Positions 25,436-32,000 of a DNA stretch of 32,000 nt are shown here, one piece after another. Source of the stretch: Candidatus Korarchaeum cryptofilum OPF8. GTDB lineage: Archaea; Korarchaeota; Korarchaeia; Korarchaeales; Korarchaeaceae. Below the pieces are notes generated by a model. It did not search any database and was not told the origin of the DNA. It was given only the letters and a program-made list of their open reading frames with translations. Numbering within the stretch: position 1 is the first letter of the stretch; every line of letters begins with the position of its first letter. A program made the position numbers and the translations under genes. The stretch covers positions 720,001 through 752,000 of the forward strand of contig NC_010482.1 in the NCBI RefSeq assembly GCF_000019605.1, in the 5' to 3' direction.

Positions 25436-28400
25436 CTATTGTTTATAAATTTTGGAGATTAAACCCCAGGTCTCCGGATCTTCCTGCCCGATACGCCATA
25501 CAGCTACTTTACTCAACCCCTTTTCGGCTAACTTCCTGAGCCTAAGCTTCGTACTTTCTGCGGTGTTGAACCAACATATACCAGTTGAGGGGCAGCTAAA
25601 GGTAGCTTCACCGACTTTCTCATCAAATTTCACAGTTGCATTGCACTCACGCGCATAATTCATGGCATCTTGGAAGCCAACACCGAATCCATTCTTCGGG
25701 CTGGGCCAGCAGTAACCGTAAAATGGTATACCTATCACTAGCTTCTCTCTGGGGACTTTGCTGAGGGCATAGTTCACCACATCCTCGAACCAGGTAAGGT
25801 CAGAAACAGGACCCGGATCTGATTTCTCATAGTGTTGATCATATGCCATTACTATGAATAGATCTGTGTACTTGCTCAGTTCCCTATAATCGTATGGGAA
25901 GTTGTCCCAATCCAGCCAGCACCAGAAGCACCACCAGCAGCAAGTCTTAGGTTGTACGTCTACGCTAACGATCTTACCTTCTCTATGGAAAGCATTATAA
26001 AGTTCTCTCATGAACTGAACGAATTTATCCCTGTACTTCGGGTCTATTCCCTCAAAATCTATATTGATACCATCGTATTTTGAGAAAATATTTTTCAGAT
26101 CTTCTATAAACTTTTTCCTGAACAGGGAGTCCTCGAATATCCTCCTATACACATCTCTGTCATCCACATTGACACTTATCATGGGTATAACTTTTACCCC
26201 TGATCTCCTTGAATCCTTGAGGAATTTCTCAGTATCTCCACCAATTTTTATTATATTTCCCTCTCTCCCAACCTTATACCATGTGGGGGAGACCCAAGTG
26301 AATTTTTCAATATTATTATAGTATTGTTGAATGCTATTAGGATCTTCATCGTAAACCCAGCCAAAGAGTTGAACCATATATCTAGGCGAGGGCCTCCTCA
26401 CCTTTAGTGTTGAAGCAGTCTCGCTGGTAGCTCCTTTGTCGTCCTTAACTGTTACCCTTACTTTGTATTCCCCTTCATGAGAGTATACATGAGTTATTGA
26501 GCTGCTTGATACCCAGCCGCTCGTGCTGCCATCTCCAAAGTCAAAATAGTATGCGACGATCTTGCCATCCGGATCATAGCTGCCCGATGCATCCAGCTTT
26601 ACCTCCTGTCCCACACCAGCCTGTGAGGGATATATCGCAAGCGATGCCACCGGTGGCTTGTTCTCCACCTTCTCTACCACTAAAGTTGAGGTTGTCCATG
26701 TGGACCATGCCCCCTTGTCATCCTTCACCCTGAAGTATATCGTGTATTTTCCTGGAGGAAGGGATGTGCTGAAGGAACATGAGCTACTCAAGATCCTCTC
26801 ATCGGCCTTCCACTCGCACTCAGCTATCGAGCCATCCGGATCGTATCCATGCCCGCTGAAGTATATAGCCTGGCCCTCATAAGCTGGATTCGGTGATATG
26901 GAGTCTATATATGCGGTCGGAGGCTTATTTTCAGCCCCCTTCGGAACTACATTGAAATCTGAATCGCTATCATCGTATGCAGAATTTCCAGAGGGATCTA
27001 TTGCAGCCACTCTTATCCTGAACTTCCCCTCCATATTAGGGATCCAGACGAAGTAGCCCGTATTCGGGTTATCTGTGACTATAGTAGATACCTGCCTGTC
27101 CCCTTGGAATAACCAAATGTGAACTTTCTCAACTTTCACGTTATCAGTAGCTTCCCAAGTTATCTTGTAGGCCTCCCCTATGTAGAGGGTCTCACCGCCG
27201 TTAGGGAATATGACCCTCACTTTAGGCGGCTCCTTATCCTGAACTTGCGATATCCTCACCTTGAACTTAGATGAAGCTGAGATCCCTCCATCAGCGACAG
27301 CGCTTATCTCCACATCGTAAGTACCGGGGCTCCCTATTGCCTTCAGTTTGCAGCTGTACTGCATATACTCCCCAGGCTTAAGCGAGTCCCTCTTATCAGT
27401 TCCCGTGCAACCCATACCTTTGAAAGCATCATCAGCCCACCAAATCCCAGAAGCAACATTTCTAACCTCGATATTACCCGAATTTCTGACTGTAACGGAT
27501 ACCGAGAACTCCTGACCCTGATAGACTTCGGATGGGAAGTTGTGGGAGATCTCTAGCTTAGCTCCACCCTCCACGTAATACCTGACTTCATCTCTGGACA
27601 GCATATCCTCACTCTTGCAACTCTGTCCAGCCGGGCAAGCTACTGCTTTAAGCCTCCTCTCACCTTCAGGCTCTCCCATCACCCCCTTGAACTCATAAGT
27701 CCCTGCTTTGACGTTGAAGTTCTCGAAGAGGGTCACTATGCTTCCATTTGGCTTCTCTATCCACACCTTCAGGTAGCTCGCATCCCCATTTATGCTGCAG
27801 TAGAAGACTGCGCTCTCCCCTATCCTGTACCTACCGCCGCCCAGATTACCCACTCCCTTCCCCCCTTTGTCCGTCCAAACATCGACTTGGATCGATGGAG
27901 CTCCGGAGACCACTATCCTTATTGCTCTTCCAGGCTGGCCGTACTTCGAAGCTTTGCCAGTCGATATTATCGATTCCCAATCGCTCTGGCTCATGTCCCA
28001 CACATCATCCCCATCGTTGAATTGAGGGGGATGATCGTTCGATGCGACCTCCTCGCAAGTGTACATCCAGCCCGCGAATATCCCTATGTAATACGTCCCG
28101 GGGGTCTCGGGGGCCTTGAGGTGGAAGTGGTAGGATTGGATGCTCTCCCCATCGGGAGCATCATTAGTTATGCATGAGAAGTCCCCTCTCGTCCAGCTGG
28201 CGGTACCTATTACCGGCGTTATCCACGGCCCTCCCCTCACGTTGACTACCCTGACGTCGAAGAAACCCTCTATGATATCGCCGGGCTTGACGTAAACGGC
28301 TTGGGAGGGATCGTATATCTTCACACCGTTTACCTCAGCGAAGTCGAAACCCGGGGATATGGGGTACTCAACCGCCAGGTAGTACTGAGCTGAGGGGAGG

Positions 28401-28450
28401 CATATAGGGAGGAGGATGAGCAAGATGGGTATGAGGACCCTAGAGCTCAT
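25436..28450 (-). CDS. Secreted multidomain protein: Ig-like/CARDB + 2 PKD domains + C-terminal GH18
   Basis: Signal peptide MSSRVLIPILLILLPICLPSAQ. CARDB-like SVTVRNSGNIEVRNV. PKD motifs GHGYDPDGSIAECEW and ASGSYDPDGKIVAYYFDFGDGS...YKVRVTVKDDKGA. GH18 motif YDGINIDFE (26051-26074). T-rich TATA ~25 nt upstream. Confidence 0.8.
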   Translation of the reverse strand: MSSRVLIPILLILLPICLPSAQYYLAVEYPISPGFDFAEVNGVKIYDPSQAVYVKPGDIIEGFFDVRVVNVRGGPWITPVIGTASWTRGDFSCITNDAPDGESIQSYHFHLKAPETPGTYYIGIFAGWMYTCEEVASNDHPPQFNDGDDVWDMSQSDWESIISTGKASKYGQPGRAIRIVVSGAPSIQVDVWTDKGGKGVGNLGGGRYRIGESAVFYCSINGDASYLKVWIEKPNGSIVTLFENFNVKAGTYEFKGVMGEPEGERRLKAVACPAGQSCKSEDMLSRDEVRYYVEGGAKLEISHNFPSEVYQGQEFSVSVTVRNSGNIEVRNVASGIWWADDAFKGMGCTGTDKRDSLKPGEYMQYSCKLKAIGSPGTYDVEISAVADGGISASSKFKVRISQVQDKEPPKVRVIFPNGGETLYIGEAYKITWEATDNVKVEKVHIWLFQGDRQVSTIVTDNPNTGYFVWIPNMEGKFRIRVAAIDPSGNSAYDDSDSDFNVVPKGAENKPPTAYIDSISPNPAYEGQAIYFSGHGYDPDGSIAECEWKADERILSSSCSFSTSLPPGKYTIYFRVKDDKGAWSTWTTSTLVVEKVENKPPVASLAIYPSQAGVGQEVKLDASGSYDPDGKIVAYYFDFGDGSTSGWVSSSSITHVYSHEGEYKVRVTVKDDKGATSETASTLKVRRPSPRYMVQLFGWVYDEDPNSIQQYYNNIEKFTWVSPTWYKVGREGNIIKIGGDTEKFLKDSRRSGVKVIPMISVNVDDRDVYRRIFEDSLFRKKFIEDLKNIFSKYDGINIDFEGIDPKYRDKFVQFMRELYNAFHREGKIVSVDVQPKTCCWWCFWCWLDWDNFPYDYRELSKYTDLFIVMAYDQHYEKSDPGPVSDLTWFEDVVNYALSKVPREKLVIGIPFYGYCWPSPKNGFGVGFQDAMNYARECNATVKFDEKVGEATFSCPSTGICWFNTAESTKLRLRKLAEKGLSKVAVWRIGQEDPETWGLISKIYKQ

Positions 28451-28909
28451 CGCTGCACAGTAATCTTGAAAAATAAAAAGCTAATTATGGAAAAGAATTT
28501 AACCTAAGGTTAGCTGAGCTATTTTTGCAGTTAGCGTAAACTCGAGGCTTCCGCAAGCCTCCATTCATATTCTGAACCGAGGCCCGGCGATTCCCTCTGG
28601 GACTTCTCATGCAATGAGGATATGATAGTCCGCTGAGATAGCGGAATAGACCTCGACATTAAAGAGATAGATGGTAAAGAGACGATAAGTTCGTATTGAA
28701 CGGGTTCACCGGCAGGCATAAATGAAACTATTAGGAATTTCCGAAAGCTCCGGAGCTAGTGCTCGATATATCCGAGAGAATAGCTCAGAAAGCGCTTCAG
28801 AGTATAGCTGAGAGAATCGCTACAACCTCATAATCCTCGTAGGTTCTAGAGAATAGAGGCCTTGGATTTTAAGCGAAGGAAAATTTCGCAGATAAAATTG
28901 GAAGTTCCT

Positions 28910-29206
28910 TTACAATCTCCTGGATAATTTCTCCTCGAATAATTCCTCGAGAAGGTCGCTTATCCCTATGATCTCGAGGGCCGTTATCTTCCCGCTCCCC
29001 TCCTCCGTGAATAGAGTTACCGGCGTCCTGGTGGGGAGAGGCTCACCAACTTCCTGCCTAACTGGCTCGCTGAACCTTATGAACAGGAGGTCATGATCTT
29101 CATCGAGATATACCTCCGTGACTTCCCTCGGCAGCTTTATTCCACATCTCCTCTCCAGAGAATAGATCAGCCCCTTCAGAAGCTCCAGCAATGTCTTCAA
29201 ACCCAC
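28910..29206 (-). CDS. DUF2283-like small protein
   Basis: VYLDEDHDLLFIRFSE...EEGSGKITALEIIGISDL fits the Y-D-x-E-x-D-x-L-Y-I...G-x-I-x-G-I-E-I pattern. GTG start. Confidence 0.5.
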   Translation of the reverse strand: MGLKTLLELLKGLIYSLERRCGIKLPREVTEVYLDEDHDLLFIRFSEPVRQEVGEPLPTRTPVTLFTEEGSGKITALEIIGISDLLEELFEEKLSRRL

Positions 29207-29421
29207 CTCCTCACCTCATACTAAGGTTTCGCTTTATAAGGTGTGAACGCTTAGTTTGAGACGATAAACTGAATTTTTGAGACATTATAGAAGGAGGCTT
29301 CAGCGAGAGCCAGGTGTCAGTTCCCGGGGATCCATCAATAGCGGGGATTTCGTTGCTAAACAGCTGAGGGGAGCTCTCCGATGAACTTACAGCTTTTATA
29401 CTCCTCCTGAGAGGACTCCCT

Positions 29422-30165
29422 ATGAGAATAGAGGAGATAGCTAGAGGGCTTCCACCCACCAGGAAGATCTACCTGGAAGATTCTTACGCGAAGAGATGCG
29501 ATAGCAGGATTTTGAGAGTCCTGAAGGAGAAAGGAAGCTACTATTATGTAGTCCCCGACTCCTCAATATTCCATCCCCTCGGAGGGGGACAGCCCAGCGA
29601 TCAGGGTTGGATCCGCGGTGAGGGGTTCGAAGCGGAAGTGAGGAAGGTCCTAGAGAGCGATGATGTCATCGTGATCTACTGTAAGTTGATTAGAGGGGAT
29701 TTAGAGGGGGAGGCTGAGCAGGAACTGGACTGGGAGAAGAGATACCTGGTGATGAGGTTACATACAGCGGGTCACGTGATAGATAGAGCTCTAGCTGATC
29801 TCATGGGGAGAGTTGAGACTTTAGGAGCTTTCCACGGCCCTCCTAGGGCTTATGTCGATTATAGAGCTAGTATAGATGAGAGCCTGCTGCCAGAGATAGA
29901 GAGGGGCGCGAACGAGCTCCTTGGGGAGAGGGAAGTCATTGTGAGGGAAGTGGCTCCGGAGGACCTCGAGAAAGTAATATATGGAGCTCCTAATCTCGGC
30001 AGGCTCCCCAGAGCTGAGAGGTACAGGATAGTGGAGATAAAGGGAGTGAATGCAATGCCCTGCACGGGCACTCACGTGAGGAACGCGGCGGAGGTGGGGA
30101 GGATCTCAATAACAGGGATCGAGAGAGTTGAGGGAGGGACCAGGATATATTACGGAGTATCCTGA
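29422..30165 (+). CDS. alaX: Alanyl-tRNA editing protein AlaX (AlaX-M type)
   Basis: MRLHTAGHVIDRAL (HxxxH) and MPCTGTHV (CxxxH) are the Zn-binding editing-site motifs. 247 aa. Confidence 0.8.
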   Translation: MRIEEIARGLPPTRKIYLEDSYAKRCDSRILRVLKEKGSYYYVVPDSSIFHPLGGGQPSDQGWIRGEGFEAEVRKVLESDDVIVIYCKLIRGDLEGEAEQELDWEKRYLVMRLHTAGHVIDRALADLMGRVETLGAFHGPPRAYVDYRASIDESLLPEIERGANELLGEREVIVREVAPEDLEKVIYGAPNLGRLPRAERYRIVEIKGVNAMPCTGTHVRNAAEVGRISITGIERVEGGTRIYYGVS

Positions 30166-30193
30166 TGCGAGAGTTTGTAATCTGATTACTAGG

Positions 30194-31515
30194 ATGGAGG
30201 AGCAAAATCCCTGGTGGAAGGGCAAGGATCTGGTAAAGAATGATCCTGATCTGAGGAAATGGTTGAATAGTAAGATAAAATGGGTCCCTGAAATAATAAA
30301 TGATGTGAGTCTGGAGCCGTTCTCCCTGAACTTCATATTCGGGCCCAGGCAGGTGGGGAAGACAACTCTGATTAAATGATTAGGAAACTTCTGGACTCCG
30401 TGGAGGATCCAAGATCCATCTTCTATTACAGATGCGATATGCTCTCGGACTACAAGGAGCTCAATTCTCTCATAGGGGACTACCTGGAGATGAGGAGGGC
30501 TTACAAAATAAGGACATCCTACATATTCCTAGATGAGATAACGTTCCCGAGGGAATGGTACAGAGCTATAAAGTACAGGATAGACTCCGGGGGATCTGGA
30601 GAATGATGTCCTCGTTCTAACGGGCTCATGGAGCATGTTCATAAGGGGAAGTCGAGTCATTCCCGGGCAGGAGAGGGAAGGGGAGAGACGCTATATTCCA
30701 CCCTTTGAGCTTCAGGGAGTTTTTGAAGGTGATGAATCCTGATATTTACAGCTCCTTGGAGGTAATCAAGGGCTTAAATCCTTCTGAGATATGGGAGAAG
30801 TGCACGAGGGCTAGGCCCTGGCTCGATGAAGTCAACAGGGCATTCGAGAGCTATCTTGAATGTGGAGGGTTCCCTCTGGCCGTGAGATCACTGCTCGAGA
30901 GGGGTGAGGTGTCTGGGGAAGCGGAGGAAGCTTTCATCTCCTCCTTCATATCCGATATAGTGAAGCTGAGGAGGAATGAGGGAATAGCCAAGAGGATCCT
31001 GAAAGCTGTCTTGGAGAAGCTCCCATCGTCGATCAGTTTGAACAGCGTGGCGAAGGAGTTTGAGATAAGGTCTCATAAGACGGTCTTCTACTACCTCGAT
31101 CTATTCGAGAAGATGTTCGTGTTGAGGAACGTGTTCTTCATAGAGCCAAATAAACTTGTGGAGCTATATTACAAGCAGAGGAAGGTTCACTTAACGGATC
31201 CATTCCTTTACACAGTTTTCTCGCGGTGGTGCATGACTGAAAGGCCCAGCTTGAATGCGATCGTCGAGAGCGTTGTAGCGACTCATCTCGCCAGGAGGTT
31301 CAGCATTGGCTATTGGAAGAATAAGACGGAGATAGATATCGTGATACCGGATTTAGGAATGGGGATCGAGGTGAAATGGGGTGAGAAAGCGGAGCTTAGG
31401 GGATAGGAGAGTCGGGAGGATAAGGGAAGTGATAACCCTAACGAGGAAAGAGTTCGGTGAGAGGCCGATAGCCGTCCCGGTGAGCTTGTTCCTCGGATGC
31501 CTCGATATCAAATGA
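30194..31515 (+). pseudogene. COG1373-type AAA ATPase (AAA_14 + DUF4143), at least four frameshifts
   Basis: MEEQNPWWKG...IFGPRQVGKTTLIK / MIRKLLDSVEDPRSIFYYRCD...YIFLDEITFPREW / DLENDVLVLTGSWS / EVESFPGRRGKGRDAIFHPLSFREFL... (track ORF 30705-31406) / RVGRIREVITLTRKEF...VSLFLGCLDIK ending at 31513-31515. Shifts at ~30376, at the G5 run 30589-30593, at ~30640 and at ~31400. Confidence 0.75.
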
Positions 31516-31730
31516 GCTCCTGAAGTACGAAATTGAGCCGATTCGTTGTAGGGAAAGCATTTTATCCTCTATAAACCCGAATTTCCTCCGATTCCGGAAT
31601 AATATTTTTAAGGGACGCTTGATCCGCCCTTCGCGGCTGAAAACCTCTCCTTTCAGGATAACCCGGAGGAGCAGCTATCTGCATGGAGCTTGGGGCAAGT
31701 ATTTAAAATGGGAAGGGGTCGAGGCATCCG

Positions 31731-32000
31731 ATGGAGGCATTGATATTCCCGGATAAATCGAGGAAGGCGTTCCTCATCGATGAGAAAGATATGGAAACAG
31801 CCTTAAAGGAACTTTCCTTACCCGCTCATTTAATAGACTCGATAATGAGGGAGGATAGGCAGAGAGCTATACCTCACGATGGATTGACCCTCATCCTGAG
31901 GAGGTTCACATTTGAGGAGCAGCTCGAGCAGCACCCCTTCATAATCCTGCTCAGGAACGACTTCATCGCGATAATATCGGGGAAGGACTTTCTGGAGAGG
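31731..32000 (+). CDS. Hypothetical protein, N-terminal 90 codons (open at the right edge)
   Basis: ATG 31731 lies ~25 nt after gtatttaaaa. MEALIFPDKSRKAFLIDEKD...FIILLRNDFIAIISGKDFLER stays open to the window end. A vague CorA-N-terminal-like pattern only. Confidence 0.4.
   Translation, partial: MEALIFPDKSRKAFLIDEKDMETALKELSLPAHLIDSIMREDRQRAIPHDGLTLILRRFTFEEQLEQHPFIILLRNDFIAIISGKDFLER

Noticed and set aside
28613-28650. C/D-box sRNA-like arrangement: AATGAGGA, 12 nt, then CTGA
   Set aside because: No C' box and no terminal D box at the expected spacing, and the C box is imperfect. The evidence is insufficient.
28774-28860. tRNA-like string atagctcag, direct repeats gagagaatagct / gagagaatcgct (28774-28785, 28810-28821) and ggttctaga
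   Set aside because: I could not fold a cloverleaf. The D-stem halves are not complementary, and there is no acceptor stem or proper T-arm (GGTTCTAGA versus GGTTCGAAT is only approximate). At most it is a degraded fragment or chance.
1-32000. Possibility that in-frame TGA codons (8604, 22154, 24219) reflect stop-codon reassignment or selenocysteine
   Set aside because: TGA is used as the genuine terminator of well-delimited genes here: methylase 3159-3161, RHH 17095-17097, HEPN 19246-19248, COG1373 31513-31515. The affected genes also carry frameshifts or lack starts. Nonsense mutation is the simpler explanation.

Overview
Archaeal-looking accessory and defence region. Support: TATA boxes 22-35 nt upstream of starts, many GTG/TTG starts, AGG/AGA/GAG/ATA-rich codon usage, Arch_ATPase and COG1373 ATPases, AlaX, and many vapBC and HEPN-MNT modules. 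A hyperthermophilic Thermoproteota/Korarchaeota-type genome is an inference only. Content: (i) Left end, minus strand: an intact DUF1156 DNA methylase (3159-6077) sits 4 nt upstream of an intact >1050-codon DUF499 P-loop ATPase (1-3154). The ATPase is missing from the supplied ORF track because it runs off the window. Together they form the core of a poorly characterised R-M/BREX-like defence module, preceded by a triple-frameshifted RNase H-like/Zn-ribbon/PIN gene. (ii) A low-GC island (~9.15-15.3 kb) holds an overlapping wHTH (Panacea-like) + SDH/ClpP-fold protease pair, a SAMHD1-type HD dNTPase-like gene, a GNAT and small ORFs. (iii) A toxin-antitoxin graveyard: DUF433, RHH-PIN, AbrB-PIN, two HEPN/MNT pairs, an AbrB remnant. 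(iv) Three genes carry near-perfect in-frame 21/33-nt tandem repeats (RIDD and MLEKQDE coiled-coil units); two are paralogs bracketing a MNT-HEPN pair. (v) Housekeeping-type genes: HDAC/AcuC, AlaX, a secreted PKD-GH18 protein. About a dozen loci are pseudogenes (roughly twenty frameshifts or in-frame stops by manual count), while all very long ORFs are intact. I recognised no rRNA, tRNA, CRISPR array, transposase or integrase. All family assignments come from motif recognition by eye, not searches.
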